DNA from: an uncultured Oscillospiraceae bacterium
Lineage (GTDB): Bacteria; Bacillota; Clostridia; Oscillospirales; Acutalibacteraceae
Assembly (NCBI GenBank): GCA_949293315.1
Contig: CASFCH010000055.1
Span: 12,922-76,921 of the forward strand
Direction: 5' to 3'
Length of the DNA: 64,000 nt
This document shows, one piece after another, positions 7,584 through 17,295 of the stretch; positions within the stretch are counted from its first letter, which is position 1, and the number at the start of each line of letters is the position of its first letter. A program made the translations under genes and the position numbers. The notes below the pieces were generated by a model, which saw only the letters and a list, made by a program, of their open reading frames with translations, was not told the origin of the DNA and did no database searches.

Positions 7584-8375
7584 ATGGATATGATTCTCTG
7601 GGCCGCCGGCGGGACCAGTTTCACGTTTTTGATGACGGCGCTGGGCGCGGCCACGGTGCTCTTTTTCCGCCGGGGGATCTCCGGCGTTTTACAGCGGATT
7701 TTTCTGGGCTTTGCCGCCGGGGTGATGATCGCGGCCTCTGTCTGGTCGCTCATCATCCCCGCCGTGGAGGAGGCGCAGGCGCAGGGGAAGATCGGCTGGA
7801 TCCCCGCGGCGGGCGGCTTTGTGCTCGGCGTGTTGTTTTTACTGGGGCTCGATTACCTGCTTCCGCATCTCCACCCCGGTTCCAAAGAGCCGGAGGGGCC
7901 GCATTCTCATCTGAAGCGGAGTACGCTGCTCGTCTTTGCCGTCACGCTGCACAATATCCCGGAGGGGATGTCCGTGGGGCTCTCCTTTGCGCTGGCGGCC
8001 CAGAATGCGGAGGACCCCTCCGCGCTCACGGCTGCTATGGCGCTGGCGCTCGGCATGGGCATTCAGAATTTTCCCGAGGGCGCGGCCATCTCCCTGCCGC
8101 TGCGGCAGGAGGGGGTCAAACGCGGCAGGGCATTCCTCTACGGCGCGCTCTCCGGGATCGTGGAGCCCGTCTTCGGCATCCTGACCGTGCTGATCGCGGG
8201 GGGGATCGCGCCACTGATGCCGTGGCTGCTCTCCTTTGCCGCCGGGGCGATGATGTATGTCGTTGTGGAGGAACTGATCCCGGAGGCGCACCTCGGCGAG
8301 CACTCCAATACGGGTACGCTCGGCGTCATGGCCGGCTTTCTGGTGATGATGGTCCTTGACATTGCGCTCGGATAG
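7584..8375 (+). CDS. ZIP family metal (zinc) transporter, GufA/ZupT-like
   Basis: ORF 7509..8375, with a probable start at MDMILWAAGG. It contains the HNIPEGMSVG and GIQNFPEGAAIS motifs and is polytopic. Confidence 0.8.
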   Translation: MDMILWAAGGTSFTFLMTALGAATVLFFRRGISGVLQRIFLGFAAGVMIAASVWSLIIPAVEEAQAQGKIGWIPAAGGFVLGVLFLLGLDYLLPHLHPGSKEPEGPHSHLKRSTLLVFAVTLHNIPEGMSVGLSFALAAQNAEDPSALTAAMALALGMGIQNFPEGAAISLPLRQEGVKRGRAFLYGALSGIVEPVFGILTVLIAGGIAPLMPWLLSFAAGAMMYVVVEELIPEAHLGEHSNTGTLGVMAGFLVMMVLDIALG

Positions 8376-8412
8376 CGGGATACGGCCAGGTGCAAAATTT
8401 TTGAATTGGGTG

Positions 8413-9048
8413 ATGGAATTGATCATAAAACCATTGACCAGAAACGCGCCCGCGCCCAGCGGCTTTTGGGGCAGGCTGATGATCTGCAAGATGAATGTCG
8501 GCCACGCGAGGATGACGGCATGGGCGTTTGGGCAGATCGACCTGAAAACGGCGCGCACCGTTGTGGACATCGGCTGCGGCGGCGGGAAGGCCGTTAAACG
8601 ATTGGCGTCGCTGGCGCCGGAGGCTGTCGTATACGGTGTGGACCGTTCGCCGCTGTGCGTGGAGCGGGCCGTGCGGGAAAACAGGAAGTCTGTCGCCGCC
8701 GGGCGGGTGGTGATCCGCAGCGGAAGCGCCGGGGCGCTCCCCTTCCCGGACGGCTCGGTGGATGTGGCCACCGCGGTGGAGACAGTCTATTTCTGGGAGG
8801 ACTGGCAGGCGGCGTTCCGGGATGTCCGCCGGGTGTTAAAGCCGGGTGGAATCTTTGCCGTTGTATGCGATATGGTGGACGATGATGGCGCCGGGCCTGC
8901 GCATTACCGGGAGGTCACGCGCCTGATCGAGATGCGGATCCCGAACCCGGTTCAGTTGGAGCGTGAGCTGGCGGATGCCGGTTTTACCAGGGTGATCATT
9001 TATCGCCATCCGGAGGAAAAATGGCTGTGCGCTGTGGGAATGAAATGA
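8413..9048 (+). CDS. Class I SAM-dependent methyltransferase
   Basis: SAM motif VVDIGCGGGK is present, along with VLKPGGIF. The start was chosen after the ZIP stop codon and is uncertain. Confidence 0.7.
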   Translation: MELIIKPLTRNAPAPSGFWGRLMICKMNVGHARMTAWAFGQIDLKTARTVVDIGCGGGKAVKRLASLAPEAVVYGVDRSPLCVERAVRENRKSVAAGRVVIRSGSAGALPFPDGSVDVATAVETVYFWEDWQAAFRDVRRVLKPGGIFAVVCDMVDDDGAGPAHYREVTRLIEMRIPNPVQLERELADAGFTRVIIYRHPEEKWLCAVGMK

Positions 9049-9062
9049 TTTATAGAGAAACG

Positions 9063-9091
9063 GGGAGCCCTGCAAGGGGCTCCCTGTTTTT
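9063..9091 (+). terminator. Rho-independent terminator
   Basis: GGGAGCCC-tgcaag-GGGCTCCC hairpin followed by TGTTTTT. Confidence 0.65.
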
Positions 9092-9311
9092 GATATCAGT
9101 TTATGGAAACGAAAAAACGTGTGCAAACTCTCCTCCGGTGAGGATCGTGCTCGTGATCTGCTGCGAAGAGCCCGGTACATTCGCGCCGGAATCGATTTTT
9201 CCGCCGTCGGGGTGGGCTCAAAGGTGGTGAAGACCGAATTCAGCCCTGTATCCCATATCCGGTGAAGGGACCTCAGGATAAGCTGTACACAGCGATACCT
9301 CGAATCCCGGA

Positions 9312-10010
9312 TCAAGCTCCTTTGCATGCGGCGATGAATGCGTCGAACAGCGCCTGCTGCAGCGCGTCTTTTTGGCTCAAATGCTCTGGATGCCATTGGA
9401 CGGCCACCAGAAATCCGTAGTCGGGCTTTTCCAGCGCCTCGATAAAGCCGTCCGGGCTTTTGGCCGTGGGCACAAGGCCCTTGCCAATCGTCTTTACCGC
9501 CTGGTGATGGATACTGTTGACCGTTATTTGCGCGTTCTGAACGATCTCATACAGCTTGGACGTGCGGCTGATCTCTACGGGGTGGGTGCCGCGCGCGCGG
9601 TTCAAAAAGTCGGAGTGCCGGGACTGCTGGCGGTCCTTGATATCCTGAAACAGCGTACCGCCAAAGAACACGTTCACGATCTGGATACCGCGGCAGATCG
9701 CCAGTATGGGCTTGCCTGTTTTCATAAATTCGCGCAGGATGGCGGGCTCGGCTGCGTCGCGGAGCACGTTCGGCTTTCCGCACTTCTCCGAACGGTCTTC
9801 GCCGTAGAGTTCTGGGGCGACATCGGCCCCGCCCGGGAGCAGAAGTCCGTCGCACTCAGCCGCTTTGCGGGCTGCACCGGACGGATCCTCAAGCTCGATC
9901 CAACTGACCTCGCCGCCCGCCCGCGCAATACTCTGCACATATTTGCTTTTCATATACTTGCGAAAAAGACTGTTCCCCATCTGGGGCATTGCGATTACAG
10001 CTTTTCCCAT
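9312..10010 (-). CDS. Class I glutamine amidotransferase-like hydrolase (peptidase C26 / PuuD-like)
   Basis: ORF 9312..10079, with a probable start at MGKAVIAMPQ. It contains the LAICRGIQ nucleophile elbow and the HHQAV / WHPE motifs. Confidence 0.8.
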   Translation of the reverse strand: MGKAVIAMPQMGNSLFRKYMKSKYVQSIARAGGEVSWIELEDPSGAARKAAECDGLLLPGGADVAPELYGEDRSEKCGKPNVLRDAAEPAILREFMKTGKPILAICRGIQIVNVFFGGTLFQDIKDRQQSRHSDFLNRARGTHPVEISRTSKLYEIVQNAQITVNSIHHQAVKTIGKGLVPTAKSPDGFIEALEKPDYGFLVAVQWHPEHLSQKDALQQALFDAFIAACKGA

Positions 10011-10066
10011 AAAGAACCTCTTTCGTCTGATTGCACTGAATTGTACTATTATATTATCAAATTTTA

Positions 10067-10095
10067 TTGACCTTGTCAAATAATTGTGCTATGAT
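10067..10095 (+). promoter_or_regulatory. Putative promoter of the C-S lyase/permease operon
   Basis: TTGACC-17-TATGAT within an AT-rich divergent intergenic region. Confidence 0.4.
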
Positions 10096-10134
10096 CAATA
10101 ATAAAGTATTATATTGTATTTTATAGGGGGGTTG

Positions 10135-11916
10135 ATGATGAAATACGATTTTACAAGTGTTCCGGATCGTTCGAAGTGCGGATCAATGAAATGGGACAGC
10201 GCGCCCGGTGCGTCAACGGAGTATGTGCCGCTGTCCACGGCGGATATGGAGTTCCCAACTGCGCCGCCGATCGTAGAGGCCATCAAAAGCTGTGCCGAGA
10301 AACAAATCCTCGGGTACAGCCAGCCCACGGAGGAATATTATGATGCGGTGATCAGCTGGCAGAAGCGCAGGCACGGCTTTGACATCAAAAAGGAATGGAT
10401 CCTCACCACACCGGGGGTGGTCGACGCGCTGGCGGTCATCATCGACGCCGTCACCAAGCCGGCGGAATCGGTCATCATCCTCACCCCTGCTTACTACCCC
10501 TTTGATCTTGCCGTAACGGCGAAAAGCCGTAAAATCGTTTACAGTGAGCTGATCGACCATAACGGCCACTATGAGATCAATTTTAACGATCTGCGCGCCA
10601 AAGCCGCGCGAAAGGAGGTCACGGCGCTGCTCTTCTGCAATCCGCATAACCCCACAGGCCGGGTGTGGACGCGCGAGGAGCTCAAAAGGGTCGCCGACAT
10701 CTGCTGCGACAACGGCGTATTTATCATCGACGATGAGATTCACAACGATATCATCATGCCCGGATTTGAGCATACGGTGATGGCGACGGTCAGCAAAAGG
10801 GTCCTGAACAATATTGCCGTGTGCACGGCGCCGAGCAAGACATTCAATCTGGCGGGTTTGCAGTGCTCCAATATCATCATCCCCAATGACCTTGCAAGAA
10901 CGCGCACCATGGCGTGTTCGCTCATCAATATGACGATGCAGCTGAATGTTTTTGCGTATCCTGCGTGTATTGCGGCCTATACAAAATGCGATGAATGGCT
11001 TGAGGAGATGATCGCGGTCGTCCAGAGCAACGCCGATCTGGTAAAATCGTTTATGGCGGAGCATTTCCCCGCGGTGCGGGTAATAGAGCTGGAGGGTACA
11101 TATCTGCTATGGCTCGATGTGCGCGGGCTGGGGCTCACACATGTGGAAATGCGTCAGATGCTTGTGAAAAATCATCTCTATCTCGATAACGGAGAGATGT
11201 TCGGCCGGGCGGGCAGGGGCTACCAGCGGATCAATCTCGCCTGTGCGCGTGTAACGCTTGAAAAGGCGTTGAATCGTTTTAAAGATGGCATGGATGCCGT
11301 TTATGCCGAGTGGGAGAAAAACGGCCGGCCATATCATAAAACGCTCAAGGTCGGCGACCGGCTGGAGGGCTTTGTATATGATTTGCCAAACGGATCCGGC
11401 ACGGAGCTTCGACCGGGTCGCTCTACACTGATTATTTTCAGCCGCTATTACGGCTGCCAGATCTGCATGGCCACGCTTCAATTTGTCAAGGGGATCTATC
11501 CGCTCCTAAAAGCCGCAGGGGGCGACGTAAAATTTGTCATGCAGTCGGATATGCGCACACTTGCACCGGCTCAGAGTAAATATCCGTTTGAGTTGATCGC
11601 CGACCCGTTGTGCAAGCTGTATGACCGGTACAATGTGTTCGAGGCGGACAGCCCGTTTGGCATGATATTGGGCGATAAAATTATCAGTAAAATCATCGGA
11701 AAAGATGTCAAACGCATTCTTCATTCAGGGGCGTTTGAGGGGCTGGCCCAGTCCCTCCTCGGGGATTCGGATGATACCGATGGAGGACCGCGCGCCCTGC
11801 AGCTTCCTGCATTTATAACTGTTGATAAAAACCTGAAGGTGACCTATGCCTATTATTCGAAGACGATGGCAGACTTACCGAATATTAAAGAGATTTTGAG
11901 GGGGATAAAAGCGTAA
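10135..11916 (+). CDS. Fusion protein: MalY/PatB-type PLP C-S lyase (aminotransferase class I/II) plus a C-terminal peroxiredoxin-like (Prx_like2, thioredoxin-fold) domain
   Basis: The N-terminal ~390 aa (MKYDFTSVPDRSKCGSMKWD..., SKTFNLAGL) resemble PatB/MalY. The C-terminal ~200 aa carry FSRYYGCQIC, FELIADP and LPAFITVD, as in AhpC/TSA-like redoxins. Confidence 0.7.
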   Translation: MMKYDFTSVPDRSKCGSMKWDSAPGASTEYVPLSTADMEFPTAPPIVEAIKSCAEKQILGYSQPTEEYYDAVISWQKRRHGFDIKKEWILTTPGVVDALAVIIDAVTKPAESVIILTPAYYPFDLAVTAKSRKIVYSELIDHNGHYEINFNDLRAKAARKEVTALLFCNPHNPTGRVWTREELKRVADICCDNGVFIIDDEIHNDIIMPGFEHTVMATVSKRVLNNIAVCTAPSKTFNLAGLQCSNIIIPNDLARTRTMACSLINMTMQLNVFAYPACIAAYTKCDEWLEEMIAVVQSNADLVKSFMAEHFPAVRVIELEGTYLLWLDVRGLGLTHVEMRQMLVKNHLYLDNGEMFGRAGRGYQRINLACARVTLEKALNRFKDGMDAVYAEWEKNGRPYHKTLKVGDRLEGFVYDLPNGSGTELRPGRSTLIIFSRYYGCQICMATLQFVKGIYPLLKAAGGDVKFVMQSDMRTLAPAQSKYPFELIADPLCKLYDRYNVFEADSPFGMILGDKIISKIIGKDVKRILHSGAFEGLAQSLLGDSDDTDGGPRALQLPAFITVDKNLKVTYAYYSKTMADLPNIKEILRGIKA

Positions 11917-13310
11917 TGGCAGTCAAAACAGAGTCTCCTGCCAAGGAGAAAAAGAAGCTGGGCGTCCTGGGGATGGCGAGCTACGGCATCGGAAACAGTA
12001 TTGGCTCGGGAATTTTTGTGATGATTGGGTCGGCTATCGCCGCAACGGGGAAAAGCCTCCCGTTCGCCCTTGTACTGGCGTGTGTGGTCGTCTTTTTTGC
12101 GTATCTTTACAAAACATTTATGGCGGGCATGTTTGTAATGCCGGGCGGGCGTTACAGTCAGCAGGCGCTCTTACAGCCGCCGCTGCTGGTAGGCGTCTCC
12201 GCGATCTCCATGGTGTTCTCCGGCCTCGCCTTTGCCATGTATGGCCTGTCCATTGCGGAGTACGCGGCGGAGGTCTTCCCGGTGCTGGACAATTACCGCG
12301 AGCTGATCGCACTTGTCATTATCACGATTTTCTTTGCCACCACGCTGCTGGGCGGAAAGGTGATGGGCATATTAAACGTAATCATGGTGGGCGTTTTGAT
12401 TATTTCCCTGCTGATATACATCGCGGTGGGGCTGCCCAAGGTCGACTGGGCCTCCGTCAATCCCTTCTCCGAAGGGTATTTTGGGGGCGGCGTTACAGGC
12501 TTTATCTATGCGGTGGCTTTGCTCAGCTTTGCCTGTCAGGGTTCCACCATGCCCATTGACATGACCTCCGACGCGAAGGACCCCAAGCGGACGCTCCCCA
12601 AGGCGATTATACTCTCTTCGGTCGTGATCCTTGTCGTCTATGTTCTCATCGGGATTGTTTCGTCCGGCGTGCTGCCCGTTGAGGCGGTGGCTGACAAAAA
12701 TCTCGGCGTCGTGGCGCGAGAGATTTTCCCCTATTCCGTATTTCTGATCTTCATGATCGGCGGTGCGTGCTTTGCCATTGCCACCTCGCTCTACAGTGCG
12801 ATCGCCGGCATCCGCTATCCGCTGATGGCGACGGTGGAAGATGGATGGCTGCCGAAGTTCCTCGGAATCAAGACAAAAAAGCGTGAATATCCCTGGGTGA
12901 TGATGCTCCTTTTGTACCTGATTGCCGTCATCCCCATCTTTGTAGATTTTGGGCTGGATGAATTGGTTTCTGTCATGATGATTCCGATCATGGTGCTCAA
13001 TACGATCAATAATCTGTTCATGATCAAACTGGTCAAAAAATATCCGCAGGCCTGGAAGCACAGCTTTTTCCACATGCCCAAGCCGGCGTTTTACGCCTCC
13101 ATGATATTTGCGATGTTCTGCTCGCTGATTATCACGGTAAGCCTGTTCACGCAGCTCGGCGGCTGGAAAAAATATGCGATGATCGCGATGGTCATATTCC
13201 TGTTTGTCTACAGCTATTACAGGCTCAAGGCGGGTAAGGTGGATCTGCGTGAGATTGAAGAGGCCCATGCCGAGGCGGAAAGGGCGGCCGCCAGTGAAGA
13301 GGCAGAATAA
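11916..13310 (+). CDS. APC superfamily amino acid permease
   Basis: 464 aa with ~12 predicted TM segments. Its start overlaps the upstream stop (TAATG), suggesting translational coupling. Confidence 0.8.
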   Translation: MAVKTESPAKEKKKLGVLGMASYGIGNSIGSGIFVMIGSAIAATGKSLPFALVLACVVVFFAYLYKTFMAGMFVMPGGRYSQQALLQPPLLVGVSAISMVFSGLAFAMYGLSIAEYAAEVFPVLDNYRELIALVIITIFFATTLLGGKVMGILNVIMVGVLIISLLIYIAVGLPKVDWASVNPFSEGYFGGGVTGFIYAVALLSFACQGSTMPIDMTSDAKDPKRTLPKAIILSSVVILVVYVLIGIVSSGVLPVEAVADKNLGVVAREIFPYSVFLIFMIGGACFAIATSLYSAIAGIRYPLMATVEDGWLPKFLGIKTKKREYPWVMMLLLYLIAVIPIFVDFGLDELVSVMMIPIMVLNTINNLFMIKLVKKYPQAWKHSFFHMPKPAFYASMIFAMFCSLIITVSLFTQLGGWKKYAMIAMVIFLFVYSYYRLKAGKVDLREIEEAHAEAERAAASEEAE

Positions 13311-13339
13311 GCAGATAGAATAATAGAAAGACCCAGTAT

Positions 13340-13381
13340 AAAAGGGCGCGTTGCAGAATAGGCTCTGCAACGTGCCCCTTT
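13340..13381. terminator. Bidirectional terminator between convergent operons
   Basis: AAAGGGCGCGTTGCAG...CTGCAACGTGCCCCTTTT hairpin flanked by an A-run and a T-run. Confidence 0.6.
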
Positions 13382-13386
13382 TATCA

Positions 13387-13881
13387 TCATGCTGCCGTGA
13401 TGGACAAATTCCCGGAAAAGCTTTTCCCAGCAAGGACAATATAGTTATCCCCCTCGGAGAGGGTGATCGCATACGTACCTGTTTCGGTGTCCGCGGCGAT
13501 GGGATGGCGTGTTCCTTTCTCCAGCCAGTAGAGTGATGCGCTGCCGGCTGTGACCTCAAGGGTATAGGCAACGGTTAAGGATTGCCCACCGCCGCGCCGC
13601 AGTGAGGTGCCGCCGAAAAGGATTTCCTCTCCGCTAAAGTCTCGATAGTCCGCCGTGTAGTGACCGGTATAGGAGTCCTCGCCCAGTTCCCGTTCTCCGA
13701 CCAGCTTGGAGTCCCGCGTCAGTGCATAAGGGCTCACTGACTGTAAAAATTCGTTGAACCCGTTTAGAATTTTTTCCTTTGCGGTGTTAGCGCCATCCCG
13801 TACCACGGCAGTACAGCCCGCCGCCAGCAGCAGACAGACACCCAGCAATAGGATGGCCGTCCCGCGCTTGATCCGTCTCAT
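13387..13881 (-). CDS. Lipoprotein of unknown function (possible LanI-like immunity lipoprotein)
   Basis: Signal peptide with lipobox LLAAGC. It is the last gene of the LanFEG-type operon. Confidence 0.6.
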   Translation of the reverse strand: MRRIKRGTAILLLGVCLLLAAGCTAVVRDGANTAKEKILNGFNEFLQSVSPYALTRDSKLVGERELGEDSYTGHYTADYRDFSGEEILFGGTSLRRGGGQSLTVAYTLEVTAGSASLYWLEKGTRHPIAADTETGTYAITLSEGDNYIVLAGKSFSGNLSITAA

Positions 13882-13893
13882 GAAAATTCCCCC

Positions 13894-14178
13894 TTACGCC
13901 AGCGCGGAGTAAAGCGCCCATGCGCCAAGTACCAGTCCGCCGAAGGCGTACACGTCGTTGATGACCATGCAGATCTGCATCAGCTTGTTTTTAACGCCGC
14001 CCTTGGCATAGCATACGCTTGTAAAAATGCCGCTGAACACCATAAAGGCGATGTAGCAGCCGATCATAATTTCTGCAACGGGGGATTGAAGCGCCCAGTC
14101 GTGCATGCGGAACAGAAAAATGGTCCACGGAACGAACACCATCACCGAACTGACGGCAGTGAGTAATTTGTTTTTCAT
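13894..14178 (-). CDS. Small membrane protein with three TM segments (NukH/LanH-like by size and topology only)
   Basis: 94 aa with three hydrophobic segments. It lies immediately downstream of the permease genes. Confidence 0.55.
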   Translation of the reverse strand: MKNKLLTAVSSVMVFVPWTIFLFRMHDWALQSPVAEIMIGCYIAFMVFSGIFTSVCYAKGGVKNKLMQICMVINDVYAFGGLVLGAWALYSALA

Positions 14179-14184
14179 GATCGA

Positions 14185-14949
14185 TTATCTCCTTTCACTT
14201 TTTCCAAAGAGCAGGCATGCGCCTGTCAGGCAGACGATTGTGATGCCGATGGCCATCGGGAGCAGGGGAATCAGATCCAAGTGGGTGTCGCCGTTCGGCA
14301 GCCCATTCATCAGGATCATGATCCGGTAGAACGGATAGCACATCGGATAGGCAAACCACACCTTGGTGTTGATCGCCAGTACAGACGGAACGATGGATGC
14401 CAGTCCGATCCCCATGGAAAAGATCGGGGTGCGTACGCACACGGCAATCAGCCAGAAGACGGCCGCCATCGGGATACCGGACAGGTAGAAGATCCCGGCC
14501 TCCCGCAGGACAAACAGCGGGGAGAGAATCAGGTTGTAGTCGTTCAAATGCGAAACGATTGCTGCGCAGGGATAATAGCATACGGTCATCAATACAACCT
14601 GTACAGCCGCCAGCAGGAGCAGGACAGCGAATTTTGCCGCGCACAGTGCCGCAGGGGTGACGGGGAGGGCGAGCATTTTCAGGATGCCGCCGTGGCTGCG
14701 CTCCGTTTGGACGAGCAGTACCGTGCACACGACCATGGAGGCGGGGAACATGAACCACGCCAGCCCCATAAAGCTCTGAATAAAAAAGTTGTGCTCCGGG
14801 GAGAGCCCTTCGGTTGCGGGGTTCATGATAAAATCGTAATTGACGAGCGTCGGGATCCACAGCAGGATCACCGGGATGAGCAGGATCCAAAAGATATGCG
14901 AGCGGCGGATCTTTTGCAGTTCCACCCCGATCAGCTTAAAAAAGTTCAT
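14185..14949 (-). CDS. Lantibiotic-immunity-type ABC-2 permease (MutE/EpiE/MutG family)
   Basis: The true start MNFFKLIGVELQKIRRS lies inside ORF 14185..15213. The start overlaps the upstream gene (ATGA). Confidence 0.75.
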   Translation of the reverse strand: MNFFKLIGVELQKIRRSHIFWILLIPVILLWIPTLVNYDFIMNPATEGLSPEHNFFIQSFMGLAWFMFPASMVVCTVLLVQTERSHGGILKMLALPVTPAALCAAKFAVLLLLAAVQVVLMTVCYYPCAAIVSHLNDYNLILSPLFVLREAGIFYLSGIPMAAVFWLIAVCVRTPIFSMGIGLASIVPSVLAINTKVWFAYPMCYPFYRIMILMNGLPNGDTHLDLIPLLPMAIGITIVCLTGACLLFGKSERR

Positions 14950-15671
14950 GCATAACGCCTCCTCACTTTTAAGAGAATGGCCTCCGCCAGCACAGTCAGT
15001 ACGATCTCGGCGGCGCAGCCCGCCAGCGTGGCGAAAATCCAGGTGGAATCTTCCGCTCCCGCCAGTGTCTGGAAGGGGAGGGAGAATGGGAAAAATGAGA
15101 GAATCCGATTGTCGGTCGGCAGTACACTCACGGTAAAGATGCAGATCACACCGGCGCCCAGCGTAATCCACATATTCCGGCACAGGGAAGAGAAAATCAT
15201 CAGAATAATACATGGCGGGATCATCAGCGCAAAGGTATATTCTAAATTCTTGAACAGTGCGGTGAAAAGTCCGCTCTGTTCGGGGAACCAGTACAGCGCG
15301 CAGAACGCCAGCGCGATGTGCTCGATTACCAGTGCGGCGAGCAATGCGATCATCAGGATGACCGTTTTATCAAAAAAGAGTTTTCCGGCGCTGACCGGCA
15401 GGCTCTCCATCTTCTGAATAGCGTTGCCGGAGAACTCCGTGTGGTACAGTATACACGCGCCGATTGCCGCCAGGCAAAGGTTCAGCATAATGATCATTTG
15501 CCCGTTGGCGTTCATCAGAATATCCAGTGCCGGGAGCGGCTGCCCCGTAAACATCTCCGGCCGTGCCGCTGTGTTCAGCAGTGGGAAAAGCGCTGCGATT
15601 GCCCCGCCTCCCAGAATCGCCGGGAAGAATCCGGTCCGTTTGAGTTTTTTGAGTTCCAGCTGAAAGGTCAT
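14946..15671 (-). CDS. Lantibiotic-immunity-type ABC-2 permease (MutG/MutE family)
   Basis: Begins MTFQLELKKLKRTGFFP, has six TM-like segments, and overlaps the ATPase gene stop. Confidence 0.75.
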   Translation of the reverse strand: MTFQLELKKLKRTGFFPAILGGGAIAALFPLLNTAARPEMFTGQPLPALDILMNANGQMIIMLNLCLAAIGACILYHTEFSGNAIQKMESLPVSAGKLFFDKTVILMIALLAALVIEHIALAFCALYWFPEQSGLFTALFKNLEYTFALMIPPCIILMIFSSLCRNMWITLGAGVICIFTVSVLPTDNRILSFFPFSLPFQTLAGAEDSTWIFATLAGCAAEIVLTVLAEAILLKVRRRYA

Positions 15672-16423
15672 CGTGCGTCCCTCCGATTCCGGTTGTCCTC
15701 TTCAATCATCGCCAGGAAGGTATCCTCCAGATTGTCCACAGGCAGGCCCATTTGGGCGGCATGGTTTTTTAACTGGGGGATGGTCCCCTCAAACAGCAGA
15801 CGGCCATGATTGAGGATCCCTACATCGTCGGCCATCAGTTCGATTTCACTGAGCAGGTGGGAGGAGACGAGTACCGTACAGTCGTACCGTTGGGGCAACG
15901 AACGGATCAGGGTGCGGATCTCATGGATGCCTGCCGGGTCCAGGCCGTTGGTCGGTTCGTCGAGGATCAGGATCGGCGGCTGTCCGATCAGCGCCTCCGC
16001 CAGCCCCAGCCGTTGCTTCATGCCAAGGGAATATTTCTTGGTCAGCCTCCTGCGGTGTTCGGTCAGCCCTACGGTCTCCAGCGCCTCCGCAACACAAATT
16101 TTGGGCAGCCCCAGGATTTTTCGGATGATCTCCAAATTTTCCTCACCGCTCAAATTCCCGTAAAAGGCGGGCGATTCGATGAACGATCCCACCTGACGCA
16201 GGATCCGCATCCGGTCGCCGGGGTATGTCATGCCGTTCACGGTAAAACTGCCGGAGGTCGGGGCCGTCAGGCCGAGGAGCATTTTCATGGTGGTGGATTT
16301 CCCTGCGCCGTTCGGGCCGAGGAATCCATAGATGCGCCCCTTTTGAATGTGTAAATTCAAGTTGGATACAGCAGTAAAGTCCTTATACCGCTTGGTCAGG
16401 TTTTGTGTCTCGATCATGTTCAT
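15668..16423 (-). CDS. Lantibiotic protection ABC transporter ATP-binding subunit (LanF/MutF-like)
   Basis: Walker A GPNGAGKST, signature YSLGMKQR and Walker B ILILDEP are present. FIESPAFYGNLSGEENL is typical of the LanF class. Confidence 0.8.
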   Translation of the reverse strand: MNMIETQNLTKRYKDFTAVSNLNLHIQKGRIYGFLGPNGAGKSTTMKMLLGLTAPTSGSFTVNGMTYPGDRMRILRQVGSFIESPAFYGNLSGEENLEIIRKILGLPKICVAEALETVGLTEHRRRLTKKYSLGMKQRLGLAEALIGQPPILILDEPTNGLDPAGIHEIRTLIRSLPQRYDCTVLVSSHLLSEIELMADDVGILNHGRLLFEGTIPQLKNHAAQMGLPVDNLEDTFLAMIEEDNRNRRDAR

Positions 16424-16575
16424 ATGGTGCTTGCTCCTTTCGTTTCACTGGCACTATCATACCCGGCGCACCTTACGCCCTTTTTCCCGCCGCCTTACAA
16501 TAACCTTACATTTCAAAAAGCGCTCTTCCACAGCCGCTTTCCTGTGTTATACTGTATACAGTGAGGTGGCAGTTC

Positions 16576-17295
16576 ATGGAATTTGATACCCTGAAAAATA
16601 AAAAACTCCTGCTCGTGGATGACGAACAGGATCTGCTGGATATGGTTCAGTTGATTTTACAGACGGAGGGCTATACGCATTTAAAAACGGCCGGAACCGT
16701 TCGGGAGGCGCTTGCGGCTGTACGGGCGTGGAAACCCGACCTCGCCCTGCTGGATGTGATGCTCCCGGATGGGGATGGCTTTTCCCTGCTGGAGCAGATG
16801 CGGGCGGAGAGCGACATCCCGGTGCTCTTTCTCACCGCACGCGGCGAGGACGAGGATAAGTTCCGCGGCCTGGGGCTCGGGGCGGATGACTATATAGTCA
16901 AGCCCTTCCTGCCACGGGAGCTGATCCTGCGGGTGGGGGCGGTCCTGCGCCGGTGTTACCCTGCGGAGCGGGCGGATGGCGAGGGGAGCGTCCGGCTGGC
17001 CGCCTGTGCACTCGATTTCGATCGGGCGGAGGTCGTCCGAGGTGGGGAACGAATCCCGCTCACGGCCACGGAATTCAAACTCCTGCGCGCGCTGTGCCGC
17101 AATGCGGGGAAAATCGTCACGATTGATCTACTGTGTGAGGCGGTCTGGGGCGACAACCCCTATGGTTACGAGAATTCTCTGATGGCACACATCCGCCGCA
17201 TCCGGGAAAAAATAGAGGCCAACCCCTCCAAGCCGGTGTCCCTGATCACGGTCAAGGGCCTCGGGTATAAACTGATTACGGAGGGTGCAAAATGA
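16576..17295 (+). CDS. OmpR-family response regulator
   Basis: Receiver domain (LLLVDDEQ, ALLDVMLPDGDG) plus a winged-helix C-terminus. It is divergent from the ABC operon. Confidence 0.85.
   Translation: MEFDTLKNKKLLLVDDEQDLLDMVQLILQTEGYTHLKTAGTVREALAAVRAWKPDLALLDVMLPDGDGFSLLEQMRAESDIPVLFLTARGEDEDKFRGLGLGADDYIVKPFLPRELILRVGAVLRRCYPAERADGEGSVRLAACALDFDRAEVVRGGERIPLTATEFKLLRALCRNAGKIVTIDLLCEAVWGDNPYGYENSLMAHIRRIREKIEANPSKPVSLITVKGLGYKLITEGAK

Noticed and set aside
9092-9311. A 220-bp gap with no gene. One minus-strand frame reads ...DGGKIDSGANVPGSSQQITSTILTGGEFAHVFSFP*, which hints at a gene remnant.
   Set aside because: It is too short, has no start or RBS, and matches no family I recognise. 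It cannot be supported as a pseudogene without a database search.
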